Shown here one piece after another: positions 1 through 12,292 of a stretch of DNA of 64,000 bases. Position 1 is the stretch's first letter; the number at the start of each line of letters is the position of its first letter. A model generated the notes under the pieces. That model was not told the origin of the DNA. It did no database searches and was given only the letters and a program-made list of their open reading frames with translations. The stretch lies in contig CM030337.1 of the NCBI GenBank assembly GCA_017654855.1, positions 3,906,001 through 3,970,000 of the forward strand, read 5' to 3'. Position numbers and translations under genes: made by a program. The stretch is from Podospora anserina. Its lineage: Eukaryota.

Positions 1-2042
1 AGGCAACGATTTACTTTCTTGCCATCAACCCGAGCGAATATACACGAACGGACTTCCCCCTTTCACCGCCAAACATCAACACCCAAACCTGAATTGCACA
101 ATTGCATCTCCAGATGCCAAGCAATCAGATTGGGAAGGAGCAAGGGTAGGAAACCATGTGAGTTGATTGGTCAAGCAACGATCTCATTGAACACACTCTG
201 CCTTGCTGACAGCCTAAGCTGAGAATCTATCTTATTATTGCTCTCATTCAGCTCGCATTTTGTTGCACGGTACTGACATCACAGAGTTCAAAAAGAGTAA
301 CCCGTATCCGACCCGGACATCTCCTCCTACAATCCAACAACTCAAGTGCTCGACTTATCTCAAGTACATGTCAGACTTCTTAGGCAACGACAAAACCAAC
401 TTCTGGCGAGATTAACGCCGCTGACGGTCAAATGTTTGGAACTCGAGCCGCAAACTTTATTTTCTTCCTGGAATGATATCCAATCGGTTGCCGCTGTCGT
501 GTTAATTAAGTCTTGGGGCGGGCCGAGGTCCAAATGTTACCTTGACTGACCTTACCATCTTCACGACGTTTCAGGGGAATCGACATTACCAGCTTCATCT
601 CGCGCGACTCTATAGGATGGCCATGTCAGCAGAATTCCACGAAAGGTTGTTGCCTGCTCATCACGAAGTCATCGACAGATACATAACACAAAAACTGTCC
701 TCCTACCTACTTCGACATGGAATCCAAGATTATTGTCATTCTTATTGCTAATCAAATTCTCCAGCTCGGGCATGTGCACATATCGAATATTGGTTCATTC
801 TATGAGACAGACCTATGCATTGGTTCTTTTTTGCTACCATTGGCGTTGGGTAGGAACTCGACCCTTGCATCAGCCCATGAAAATCGCTAGCTCATGAAAA
901 CACAGCCCCCCTCACCCCACATCGCCCACAACACCAACACCAACCTTCACTTTTATGTATCGATGGGAAATCTCAAGAAGCACCGGCCCGTCTAATTCCA
1001 TCCCCGTCTCATGTTGGTTCCGGTTCCACTCGCGCGTGCGGCGAGGCAGACCAGGGGGCATTCTTCCCGGCTGACTTGCATTGTCACCAAACCCCACCGC
1101 TGCCACTGTGCAACGGAACCCCTTACCCAGAAGCGACCCTCGTAACGGCATCCGAAGGGAGGTTGCCACGTTGTTCACACGATTTACCCGCGGCAGATAT
1201 TATTCCTCTTGCTGAATCATTAGTCCCCATGCACAGTCAAACAATCAAGCTTTCTGTGTAACCACAGGGGGGTAGTTGCTTATGAAATCTCATTCTCTTG
1301 GTAAGTGAGGGCACTCCTACTGCCTCCCAGCGCAGCTTGAACTACCTACCCAGGCATAACCTCAGTCTACAGAAGGCCACGCGTCAAAGAGTCATGTTAT
1401 CATATCGACAGAAGTCCGCGGCCAGATACCAAGGATTCGTGCATATGGATGTACATAACCGTGTCACCTCGGCAATGGCAAAGCCACAATGGGGTTGCGC
1501 CAACAACGCTACCCTATAAGCAAAATCAAAGAGATCAAGTATCATGACGGAAAGGCGGGCTCAGCTCCGTCTATCAAGCTCACGATCAGTGAGCCGTAAG
1601 AGGAAGGTTGACAAGAAATCCTTCATTACCTCAGCTACCTTACTTCTGGCCAACTTGAAAAATCTTGAAATATTTCACTGCTAGGGACTGAATGACCAAG
1701 GCAGTGCTGCAATCTACCTAGCCAACCTATCAAGCAAGTAAACTCCCTGTTGGAGGCCTCCCATGGTTTAGCCAGCTCTCCTGAACCACAAACTTCCGAC
1801 GAAAATAGGCACCAGGCGTGCTGGCAAGACACAATAATGCCATGAAGAGACCAATATTACAGTGAGAATTTTCATCATGCCAAAAAAAAAACATTTTAAT
1901 TCTCAGTTCTAGACTAAGCTCATTTATCTATACATCAAGCGTCACCTGTCAATCTACAATACTTCCTGACCCAAAACTCTATCCAGGGGGACGGAAGCCC
2001 CATCTCTAACCTTATCACCGGCCTTGTAAATCAGTTCAGCGA

Positions 2043-2804
2043 TTAAATACCAGAAACCATCATGAGCACCGGCCTTTTCTCACAAGTCTGTGGGCCCCCT
2101 CGCCCATGACAGCTCGGACACAAAGTCAGAAGTATAACGAGCGCAAGACAGGCGAGATGCCTCCTCCTCCAGAGAGCCTCTTTCATGAACTCACGCTGGT
2201 GGTCGAAAATAATCCAGACAAGGCTCCCAACATGCCAAACAACCGGGACGACCCTGCGGGCAGTCCAGAGTACCAGGCAGGCTGCCGCCCAGATCTTCCA
2301 AAAGTACCAAAGATTGGACGCGATGATGATGGCGGTGCTCTGGACGATTCCAGCGGGCACAAGAAAATACGTGATGGGATACACACCCAGGTAGATCAGC
2401 ACCGCGGTGAAAAGAACCTCCCATCCGCACTTGTTAGCACTAAACACATAGAACGAGCATCCCCACTGCCGTGTGTTGACTTCATTGTCCCAGGTGGCTC
2501 TGTGGGGCACGTATAACCTGCCGAGACTGGCTCCGTTCAACCCGAGGAATGGGACCTGCAGCCAGTACAGGACGAACCAAAACACGTCGGGGATGCACAG
2601 GGAGAGGATGAGAAAGGTGACGAGTCCGGTAAGGGTGTGGATCCTGATGTGGTCTCCCAAGCGGATCCAGTAATCGCGAGGGTGGATTTCCACGTAGTAG
2701 CGAGCTAGATCGAAGTTGTCGGCGTTGACTATGGTGTCCATGTTAATATCGGGCAGGCGCCCGCGCTCACGCTGGGATACATCCAGGAGTCTTAGGTTGT
2801 CCAT
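2043..2804 (-). CDS. Hypothetical multi-pass membrane protein (253 aa)
   Basis: Single ATG-initiated ORF in good context (CAAAATG) with several hydrophobic segments (GLVTFLILSLCIPDVFWFVLYWL; VLFTAVLIYLGVYPITYFLVPAGIV; LACLALVILLTL). No family recognised. Confidence 0.6.
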   Translation of the reverse strand: MDNLRLLDVSQRERGRLPDINMDTIVNADNFDLARYYVEIHPRDYWIRLGDHIRIHTLTGLVTFLILSLCIPDVFWFVLYWLQVPFLGLNGASLGRLYVPHRATWDNEVNTRQWGCSFYVFSANKCGWEVLFTAVLIYLGVYPITYFLVPAGIVQSTAIIIASNLWYFWKIWAAACLVLWTARRVVPVVWHVGSLVWIIFDHQREFMKEALWRRRHLACLALVILLTLCPSCHGRGGPQTCEKRPVLMMVSGI

Positions 2805-3443
2805 TTTGGTGGATCGCTTTTTGACTTGGATGAGTAGAAATTATGTCGGGGCGTTGATTGGGTGGTTGAAGACTTCCGGCGCCTTGTAATGGAAACAATC
2901 GTAAGCCTGCTGAAAAATGTAAATAAATAAAAAAGAAGGATTCTGTGACGTGATTAGCATGTTTTCACAGGTAAAGGGGAGTTACTTGATGAAGAAAAAA
3001 AGGCGGAATGAAAAAGCGAAGGAAGAAAACCATGACTAGTTCGATATTGGCTTGCATCCCCGATAGTTAAGAGAAAATACTAGAACGGTACATGCTATGG
3101 ATTGTTCGGGCAGTGGATGAGGACTCGCTTTGTCACAGGACCACATGTGCAATCTTTGTTGACTATTTTGGGAAGAGTCTTTTTGGCGTGGATCTGTCCT
3201 TTGACAGATTTAAACAAGGCATTCTTGATGACAGCCACGTGCTTCTAACAATAGTTTCTTAAGAACAGGAGGGAAGGAGGCTATCAGTTGTAGCTGGTCA
3301 GGGACCCACGTGACGGGTCACATGCTCGTTCTGCGCCATGCTGGAGTGGATTCACAACTCAAGTCACTTTTTACCAGAAACCAACCTATGCCAACACTGA
3401 GTCGCGTGCACACACCAGGAAAGAGCCCCAAATCCCACACGGA

Positions 3444-4029
3444 ATGAACTTTTTATCTGCTTTCCGAGCTCCTACTAGGCCAGAAGCTCAATGGTTCAAG
3501 GTGGGCCTTGCCTCGTCATTTCCCGATCTTGGCGTTGACGAGGAAGACACCCACACCTTGGCGCACACTCGAACATGCAACACCGACACAGCACCAGGAT
3601 GCAAAGTCTTCCATATACCAAAAGATGATCCTTCCTCTGGAAATGAAGTTCCAATCCCGGAGAATGAAGCCGCTGGCGACATGACAGACCAGGTCTTGGT
3701 TTTCAAACGGAAGGGAACCTTCCATGCTATCGACCATGTAAGTAGTGGCCACTCTCAAGCTTATCAGTTCTCTAACCGAGACACTGTAGCAATGTCCACA
3801 TTCATCCTTCCCGCTTTCTCAAGGCCTGCCCTTTGATATTGAAGACTTTGGCATTGTCTTGAGTGCGGGAATCACCTGCCCAAAGCATGGCTGGTCCTTC
3901 GACCTGTTCTCTGGAAGGGCAGACAGGGGGAACTACAAGCTCAAGGTCTGGGAGGTACAACTACGAGATGCCGCCAACGATGCCTCGGACAAAGAAGTAT
4001 GGGTGAGAAGAAAGCAGAGGATCGGGTAA
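3444..4029 (+). CDS. Rieske [2Fe-2S] domain protein (177 aa, 2 exons: 3444-3737, 3790-4029)
   Basis: Removing the GTAAGT...CTAAC...TAG intron 3738-3789 gives AIDHQCPH...ITCPKHGWSFDL, the CxH and CxxH Rieske ligands; stop TAA at 4027-4029. Confidence 0.92.
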
Positions 4030-4454
4030 TACAATGCCGTGTGGTCGATCACAATGCCCGCCTCGAGGATGGGTGGGAGAGTGCTCAGAAATTGACCGCT
4101 GACAAAAATAACACACGGTTTCTTTGTGCCAACAACAGCCCGTAGATGGCTGGCTGGCAAAACGAGCTGCCGCCAACCAACGAAACAAAGAAGGCCCAGT
4201 CTTTGAACTCGGTATAAATCAGAACAATAACCCCCGCCAACTTGTTCAGAAAAGACTGTAGACCAAGAGACTCACTCACTCAAGCACCAACGCTTCGGCA
4301 TCTTTCACTCTATTTCATTTGTTACTACACCCTATCGTTCCATCCACACTCTCCTGGTGAGAGCAGCCGTTATTTTCTATTACACTCTTCCCTGACACGT
4401 TATCAATCGCTCTTCCCATCGTTACCACCAATCTTCGACTACCTAAACAGCAAA

Positions 4455-5465
4455 ATGGCCCCCAAGAGGAATAACAACAAGGCCCCCAAGGCCCCCAAGG
4501 CTCAAAAAAACCACAAAACCACCTCCAAGGTCAAGAAGGTGCAGGCACCTATCACTACCCGTGTGACACGCTCTAGGGCCCGTGAGTCTGGGGAGGAGTT
4601 GGTCTCTCTTGACATGTATGCATCGACTCGAACCCGAAGAAAGACAACTAAAACAACCGTCACTAACCCTACGGTTGACACCCCTACGGTTAACAGCACC
4701 GCGGTTACCAACACCACGGTGACCACTGAGATCAAGGTAACACCGTCAAAGGCGCCAGGCACAGAAGAGATCAAACTGAATCCACCCACCAAGAGAAAGG
4801 CGTCCACCGAAACACCTCGTGACTTGGAATCGCCTCCTAGAAAATTGGCGAGGAATGGCCGCGCACCAAAGTCGCCTTCTAATCCTAAGAAAACGCCCAC
4901 CGAGAAACAGGTGGGTCAACCCCCGGTTACTCAGAAAGAGCCCCCAGTTTCCCGGCCAATGCCCCCTGTTACTCAAAAAGTGCCCCCGGTTCCTCAGACA
5001 CCACCCCCGGTTACTCAGACAGAGGTCCCGGCTACTCAGACAGAGAAAGTAACCCAGGTAGACCCGAACTCTTCTACCAGCAGCAGTGGCATTGGTTCTG
5101 TCAGCGTTGGCAGCTCCAACTTTGCAAGCCCCGCGGGAAGCGAGAAAAGTGACAGCACCGGTGGCATCAGTTCTCTCAACGGTGGCTCTAACTCTGAGAA
5201 GAACCCCAGCTCTCCCGGTTTTCCCGACAAGCCTCCTAGTGATTCTGGGTCCGACCCTAACCCTCGGAATCTTGACCGGGCCCCTTTCCCAGCTCATACT
5301 AATGGTTTCCTTACTGCTCTCGTTTCCCTGCTCGAGATTGCTGACAATGTTCGCGGCTTGAAGCAGACAATTGATGAAACGCCTGGGGTGTCTCCTAACT
5401 GGGCCGACTCCGAGCGGTACTCCCGCTACTCCTCATCCACTGAATCAAGCCTCTACAGGTTCTAG
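4455..5465 (+). CDS. Orphan low-complexity Lys/Thr/Pro/Ser-rich protein (336 aa)
   Basis: ATG in CAAAATG context at 4455, TATAAA at ~4213, long open frame with basic N-terminus (MAPKR..., TRVTRSR) and internal heptad repeats; ends TAG TAG. Confidence 0.65.
   Translation: MAPKRNNNKAPKAPKAQKNHKTTSKVKKVQAPITTRVTRSRARESGEELVSLDMYASTRTRRKTTKTTVTNPTVDTPTVNSTAVTNTTVTTEIKVTPSKAPGTEEIKLNPPTKRKASTETPRDLESPPRKLARNGRAPKSPSNPKKTPTEKQVGQPPVTQKEPPVSRPMPPVTQKVPPVPQTPPPVTQTEVPATQTEKVTQVDPNSSTSSSGIGSVSVGSSNFASPAGSEKSDSTGGISSLNGGSNSEKNPSSPGFPDKPPSDSGSDPNPRNLDRAPFPAHTNGFLTALVSLLEIADNVRGLKQTIDETPGVSPNWADSERYSRYSSSTESSLYRF
4920..5060 (+). repeat. Degenerate 21-bp coding tandem repeat (~6-7 units, PPVTQxx)
   Basis: PPVTQKE PPVSRPM PPVTQKV PPVPQTP PPVTQTE VPATQTE KVTQVD; nucleotide core CCCCCGGTTACTCAG recurs. 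Confidence 0.8.
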
Positions 5466-5477
5466 TAGGTCTCGTGA

Positions 5478-7027
5478 TTTTCATCATCACCATTCTCTAC
5501 CAAGCAACGTGATGCAGAGAAGCAGTTAGCTAAAACAATAGATATTGGTTCTTCAATGCGCAATGAAGCGTCTTTTGACAAGTCCCCTCGTCATCTCGCT
5601 CTGTGAAGAAGTCGTCGTCGTCGTGGTCCAAAAGCAAGTCCAGCCTTCCTGTAACTTCTGACAACCACCACCACCGTGATGCCACACGCCCGATCAGAGC
5701 TTCGGTCGCTCGCCTCTACGAGACAGACTCTTCAGCAACACCCACACCACACCCACCACCATTAAAACCCGGCGTCTTCAAAAGGGCCTCCCCATCTTCA
5801 ACAGAAATACATCCTTCCCATCGGGACCGGTACACCGGCCGTAGGAGACAGTCGCCCTCGCCAGAGTTGACAACCCCCCGACGAGGAAGTTACCTCTTCT
5901 TCTTCCTCCTCATCGGACAGCCAACCCCCCTCTGCACCCCAACCCAATCCCTAACCCAAACCCAAACCCCCTTAACGTCAACTCACCCGCGAAACCCACT
6001 CCAGAATCCAACCGAAGGCAATCCTCCGCCCAAACCGGATCAAAACCCCCTCCCCGCATCACCGTCGAAAATCTCCCCCGGGAGCCCGTCATGTCAACAG
6101 TGGTTAACTCGCGCACCCCGCTCCCCATCTCGAAGCCAGAGCCTGTCAGGGAAAGGATCATCCACGTGAACCTTACCCCTAGGTTTCAGAGTTTAAAGTC
6201 ACGGGTGCAGTTCCTGATCAAGAATGAGGGCGGGCAGAGGAGAGCGAGGGCTGAACTGAGGTATCGGTTGGGACGGGTGCAGATTCATGCCCGGAGGGCG
6301 GTGTTGGAGAGGGCGATTGATGAGATTTTGGCGGGGGTGGAGGAGGAGCGGAGGGTTAGGAAGGAGGTGGGGAGAGGGGAGTAATAGCTAGGATGTTGAG
6401 ATGGGGGAGAGAGGTGACGAGACGGGTGACGAGACAGATGGAGAGGATAGTCAGGATGAGGGCGGTAGCCCAGAGACCGGCACAGGGGGTAACAAGGACG
6501 ATAAGCCGGAGCCAACGCCGGTGCTGGATGCATTCGGGGTTCTAAGGCGTAAGGACAGCAGTGACTCTGATGTTTCTATGAGCGATTTGCCGTCTCCCCG
6601 ACGAATTACAGTGTCGACTTTTCGGTCGACGGCGAGGTTACCATTTCGGACGCCTCGTACGAGGACCCCAACGAGACTGGTGTTGCACAGCAGTCCGAAC
6701 ATCTCAGCAATCCTGAGACCCCGAAGCGTCCTGAGACCCCTGAGCTGCCCGAGAAATCGAGCGATACCCGGAACCCCAAGCACCCTGAGGCCTCTACACC
6801 TACTACTATTCCCAGCCGCCTTGAGAAACCCGTCGACCTTGAAAACTCGAAGCCCCCAGAGCCCACTGCGCTCCCTGACACTCATCCGCCCCCCGAGCCT
6901 ACTACAACCCCCAAGCCTACCACACCCCCTCAGGGTTCCGGACTTCAACTTACCAGATGAGTTGGCAAATAACCCCGACTTCGACGAACGGCTATCTCTT
7001 ATTGGTTTCGACATCATTTACGACTAG
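5478..7027 (+). pseudogene. Possible degenerate coding tract with several frame switches downstream of the orphan gene
   Basis: Protein-like segments alternate between frames, with switches at C/G homopolymer runs (see findings). Confidence 0.35.
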
Positions 7028-7389
7028 GTTGAACCAGGCAAAGACACCAGGTACGCCACTGTAGCTTTGGCGAATCTTTGCTTACCTAAAGGATGGGGCA
7101 TGAGGATAGTGTACTAGGATGACGTGTTTTAGACAGGGCAAGGTAGCTACCATTTGATCAAAGAACACACATTGTCCCGAGAGGCCGTTCAACTTGCTGT
7201 GACAGCAAATAGGCCGAAGCCTGGCCCACTGCTTATTACACCATACTCTGACATGTATACCACACAAATAAACCAACAATGAACCACCAATATACTTTAA
7301 CCCAAACACCATGCCCGCCTGCCATGTTTCATGAGACAAAAAAGAGAGAAAAGCGGAGGGTATATCACAACACCAAAATACCACCGCAA

Positions 7390-10043
7390 TCACTGCTTCC
7401 CCGTCTCCGTAATCCCATCAGCCTTTGTCTCAACAACCTTGTACACACCCGCATTACCCTCACCCGCCGCAGCCCGCTCATAAGCCTCATCACTCCTATC
7501 ACACAACACCTCAATATCAGCATCACTGAGCACCTCCTTGTCCCCACTAAACTTGTACACCTGCCCATCCTTCAGCAGCAGCGCCTTGAGTGTTTCCTTG
7601 TCCAAATCCTCTCTCATGTCAATCTTTTGCCCCATCGTCCTGAACCCACCCTTTTTGATCACCAGCTTCTCCAACCGTCTCTTTGCGTCTGCACTCCCCA
7701 ATAGCTCGTCCTCTACCGTGTCCTTGGTAGCCAACCGGTACACAACCACCGGTCTTGTCTGACCAATCCTGTGAGCGCGATCTTGCGCTTGTAAATCCTG
7801 CTGCGGGTTCCAGTCACTATCAAACAAGATGACGGTGTCAGCCGAAGCAAGGTTGATACCCTGCCCCCCTGCCCTCGTGGTCAACAAGAAGATCTTGAGC
7901 TCAGGGTCCTTGTTGAAATCCTCAATCTGCGCCTGGCGGTCCTCCTGCGCTACTGACCCATCGATGCGACATACCGGCCACCCGCGCAGGTCGGCGCAGT
8001 ACGACTCGAGCAGATCAAGCTGCTTGTTGAACTGGCTGAAGATGAGCACCTTGTGGCCGCGTTCAAACAAGGCGGGGAGTAACCTGTCAAGAAGCAGCAT
8101 CTTCCCTGAAGCAGTGACGATGGACTCGTCCGCTTCGCAGTCGTAAAAGTGATGGGGGGAGTTGCACACCAGACGGAGCTGCATGACGGGGTTGCCGAGT
8201 TTCTTGAGGGAGATCTCGCGTTTGGCAAGCTCGAGGGTTCTGGCTCGTTCGAATTCATCGGTGTTTTCGTCGAGGCCATTTTGTGCCTGCAGTTCGGTTT
8301 CCTCCTCGAGTTGTTTGGCCAACTTGGCCTCAAAGGCGTCGTCGTCGAGCATGTCGTCGTCTGAATCGGCGTCTTTGTAGGATTTGCGGCCTCGTCGTGG
8401 TCGGCCGCGGACACTACTAGGGGTGGACTGACGACTTGACTTGACGCTCTTGGGGGCGGGAGACTGCGGTGCTGGTGAGGCCTTGCGCTTGGTGCTGCCC
8501 TTCCGTGGTGATTCGCGAATCGGAAGGGCAGCTTCTGCCGCAGCACCTTGTTTCTTAGCCAGGGTTGCTGCTTTGGGAGGACGCCCACTAGGTCGCTTTC
8601 CCATCATGAGGGCAAAGGCATTCTTCTTCGCTGGAAGAGCTGGTGGCTCTTCCATCTTGACTGACATCGGGCTGGTCCTTGCGGTCGATGATGTGACCTC
8701 ACTCTCCGTGTCTGGCTTCACGCTGCTTGACCTAGAGGAGCGTGTGCTGCGACTGGGCGATGATGCTGAGCTGTTGGCAGCTGTGAGCCTCTCCACGACC
8801 TTGTTTTCCAAGTAGGCCCGAGTGTCGATATTCTTATCGCTGATAGCGTTGTACAAGTCTGTCTGCTCCCTGGTCATCGGCGCATACAAAACATACTCTC
8901 TCTTTTTGGGCAGGTACTTGGCGACATCAGCCTTGACTCTGCGCAGAAGCAAAGGCTGCAACACCACGTGCATCTTCTTGACGAGTTCTTGCTTGGCCTT
9001 ATCAGCAATGAACTCTTCGGTTCCTTCTTCATCCTCGAGGTCACTAAAGTCGAACCAGCTCTCGAAGGACTCCCAGTCACTGAAGATCTTGGGCAACAAA
9101 AAGTTCAGCAGTGACCACAGCTCCTTGAGGTTGTTCTGAAGAGGGGTGCCGGTAATCAGGAGACGGGTGGCAGAGGTGAATGTCTTGAGTTCCCGGAACA
9201 GCTTGGAGTCAAAGTTCTTCATCCGGTGACCCTCGTCGATGATGATAAACTCCCAGTTTATCTTGGAAAGGTTGGCACGGTCACGGATGACCATCTCATA
9301 GGTCGTGCAGACGACGGGAAACTTATTCGTAGGTCTGCCTCCCACGAGATGTTTGTTGATCTGGTTCTTGAAAATGCCGATACGCTGCTCGGGGGTGCCG
9401 TGGTACATGCAAACAGGGATTGAGGGGACCCATTTGTGAAACTCATTCATCCAGTTCGATAGTGTACTCAACGGAGCAACAATCAGATGTGGACCGAGGT
9501 AATTTTCTTGCTCGCGGAGGAGAGCTATCAGAGAGATGGTTTGAATGGTTTTGCCTGGAGGTTATTAGCATGTCAGTGTTAACGAAGCCGTGTAAGTGCT
9601 TGCATACCGAGACCCATCTCGTCAGCCAAAATGCCACTCATTCCCTGTACGCAAATCTCGTACATCCAAGTAAGACCCTCCAACTGGTAGTCTCGCATGG
9701 TGCCGCCAACCAAGCACTTGGGCTGCTTGGCCATGGTCAAGTCATGTTCTCCCAGTGTCTTGCCATCCAAGCCTGTTCCAACTCGGCCGAGGACTTTGGT
9801 CTTGTCTGTCAGAATGCTGCTAAACGCTGCACTCTGGGCGAGAAGAGCATCCAGGTCCTTTCCCTTAGCCTCACGCTCCTCCTTTGTCAAGGGTCTTCGC
9901 TTCCATTTCTTCTTACGCTTCTCCTCAGCCTTGAGATTCGCGAGGTGGGCCTTTTCCTCCTCGGCGGCGAGTATTTGCTCCTCTCTCAGCTTGGTGTAGC
10001 TCATTTTGGGCTTCTCGGCTTCCATCGTATCGGCGGACGCCAT
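7390..10043 (-). CDS. IRC5: SNF2-family LSH/DDM1/IRC5 chromatin-remodelling helicase (866 aa; intron 9555-9607)
   Basis: MRDYQLEG, GILADEMGLG|KTIQ across the intron, IIDEGHR, LITGTPLQNNL, SGKMLLLDRLL, FDSDWNPQQDLQAQDRAHRIGQ; KQPK..VGGTMR leader and AT-hook-like GRP motifs typical of the LSH subfamily. Confidence 0.9.
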
Positions 10044-10834
10044 CGGGGCGGAAGCGAGCGATGGTGCGCAAGGGCTGATATGGTGTCGCAATGGAGAGCT
10101 ACTAGGGAAGTCCTGATCGGATGAAAAACGCTGCTATCGCACGTCCGGATGAAAGAGTGCGGTCGCAAGTCGCAATTGGGAGCGAGAGGTGGGAGGGATA
10201 TCCCGGTCGTCAAAGCACGGCGGAATGCAACTCGCCACCACGCAGAAATCGTCGAGCAGTCGAACAATGAAGGCCAATCGAGTCGCCCAAATATTAAGCA
10301 GACAGTAGACTGTAGTAAAAAAGGACTTGACCGTCCAGAAAATACAAGGGATCCTCCAAGAAGAGACAAGAGTGGCACTTCCCCCAAAAATGGTGAGAAA
10401 ACACCGAAGGCAAAACAGTTTTGACAAAATCAATTAACAGAGGCGCGTCGATGCACGCGACGGGCGATGGCGATTTTAATCGATTTCTGCACGCGTCAAA
10501 GAAGCAACGACGCGCAGTCACGCGCTTTTCCCAAAGCGACGAAGGTGCCAAGACAATTGTTCTGCCCCCCCGCATTCCTGCCTGAAAGCCAAGGTCAGAA
10601 AATGCTAGAGCTCAAGCTGCCCCTCCTTTTGACTCAGAAAAAAGTGCCCCGCATTGAACATTGAACAGCTTCAATCAAGTCTATCATATTCCCGACCAAC
10701 GGGATACACCAACCACGCTGTCCTTCCTCCGCCCCTCCTTTGCTGCTCTCCGAAGCGCAAACCCTCTTTCCACCAGTCGACCATTCCACTCACGACGACT
10801 TTCCCCCCTGTTTTTCCTGTCGAACCCGCGCATC

Positions 10835-12067
10835 ATGGCCTACCTCGACTCCCAGAAATACACCCCCGCCGAGGAAACTGAGATCCAATCCTGGCTTTCC
10901 AAGGCCTCCTCCGTGTCTCCCGATAACTCCTCCCTCCTCGACGAGATTAACAATACCCTCGCCACCCGCACCACCGCCCTCGGCACCAAGCCCTCCAAAG
11001 CCGATATTGCTCTGTATGAGTCCCTCGCGCCCCTCGTCAAGTCCTGGGGCCCCGAGCAGCGCACCGGCGAGCACGGCCACCCCAACATTGTTCGCCTCGT
11101 CGACTTTGTGCAAAACTCACCCTTTTTCGGGCTCGACGTCAAGCACAAGGTCGAGGTCGATGTTGAGGATATTCGCTATGTCAAGCCCGTCGTTGACGCC
11201 AAGGCCGAGAAGGAGAGGTTGAAGAAGGAGAAGGCTGCTGCTGCTGCTGCTGCCGCCGCCGCTGGTGGTAACGCTGAGCAAAAGACCCTCGTCGACCGCA
11301 CAAAGGAGGCTGCCCAAACAGTCGTTGAAAAGGCCGTCGAAGCCAAGAACACCGTTGTCGAGGCTGTCACTGGCGACGCTGCCGCCGCCGCTGGTGCCAA
11401 GCCCCAAAAGCAAAAGAAGGAAAAGAAGGAGAAGAAGGGCCGCGAGCCCGCCCCTCCCCCACCTCCCCAGGTCCTCTCGCCGTGCCTGATCGACCTCCGT
11501 GTTGGCCACATCCTCAAGGCGATCAAGCACCCCGAAGCTGACTCCCTTTATGTCTCCACCATCGCCATGGGCGACAAGCCCGGTACCGACGACACCACCG
11601 AAGTCGACGGTCAAATCTGCCGCACTGTCTGCTCGGGTTTGAACGGGTTGGTTCCTCTTGAGGAGATGCAAGGCCGCAAGGTGGTGGTGGTGTGCAACCT
11701 TAAGCCGGTCAAGATGAGGGGCATCAAGAGCAGCGCCATGGTGCTGGCTGCCTCGCCCAAGATCAAGGAGGGAGAGGTGGACGATCACAAGGGCCCCGTC
11801 GAGCTGGTCAACCCACCTGCCGATGCCAAGGCTGGCGAGAGGGTCTACTTTGAGGGGTGGGCCGGCGAGCCGGAGAAGGTGCTGAACCCAAAGAAGAAGA
11901 TTTGGGAGACGTTCCAGCCTGGGTTTACGACTACGGACGACTTGGAGGTTGCGTTTGATGCGGGGGTTGTGGAGGCGCTGGAGGGGAAGACGGGGTTGGG
12001 CAAGTTGGTGACGGAGAGCGGAGGGGTTTGCAAGGTGAAGAGCTTGACGGGTGCGCAGGTTAGGTAA
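10835..12067 (+). CDS. ARC1: tRNA-aminoacylation cofactor Arc1 (GST-like N-terminus plus EMAP II-like tRNA-binding OB fold)
   Basis: IDLRVGHILKAIKHPEADSLYVS, RTVCSGL, VVCNLKPVKMRGIKSSAMVL, LNPKKKIWE; likely start MAYLDSQ at 10835. Confidence 0.93.
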   Translation: MAYLDSQKYTPAEETEIQSWLSKASSVSPDNSSLLDEINNTLATRTTALGTKPSKADIALYESLAPLVKSWGPEQRTGEHGHPNIVRLVDFVQNSPFFGLDVKHKVEVDVEDIRYVKPVVDAKAEKERLKKEKAAAAAAAAAAGGNAEQKTLVDRTKEAAQTVVEKAVEAKNTVVEAVTGDAAAAAGAKPQKQKKEKKEKKGREPAPPPPPQVLSPCLIDLRVGHILKAIKHPEADSLYVSTIAMGDKPGTDDTTEVDGQICRTVCSGLNGLVPLEEMQGRKVVVVCNLKPVKMRGIKSSAMVLAASPKIKEGEVDDHKGPVELVNPPADAKAGERVYFEGWAGEPEKVLNPKKKIWETFQPGFTTTDDLEVAFDAGVVEALEGKTGLGKLVTESGGVCKVKSLTGAQVR

Positions 12068-12292
12068 TTTCTTCTTTTGAGTGTTTGGTTGTTTCACTGT
12101 GTGCAGGAACGATGGAGGAAAATAGAATAAAAAGGCTGTTTCCCTGTAATTTGCCTATGGAAGAAGGAAAGAAAGAAAGAAAGAAAGAGAGAAAATAAAA
12201 GCAACTAAAAATGTCATGAAACCTCCCCTTCTTCTTTTCCTCCGTCCCTCCGTCTCCTCCCCCCTTTTTTTTTTATAAAAAAAATGATCAAC

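Noticed and set aside
1-1900. Short ORFs plus intron-like signals (GTGAGT at 158, GCTGAC...TAAG at 218, ACTGAC...CAG at 282)
   Set aside because: Could be the tail of a degraded gene, but no continuous frame or recognisable domain could be assembled.
5463-5468. TAG TAG tandem stop as a possible A-to-I editing readthrough site
   Set aside because: An in-frame TGA follows at 5475, so editing alone would add only four residues.
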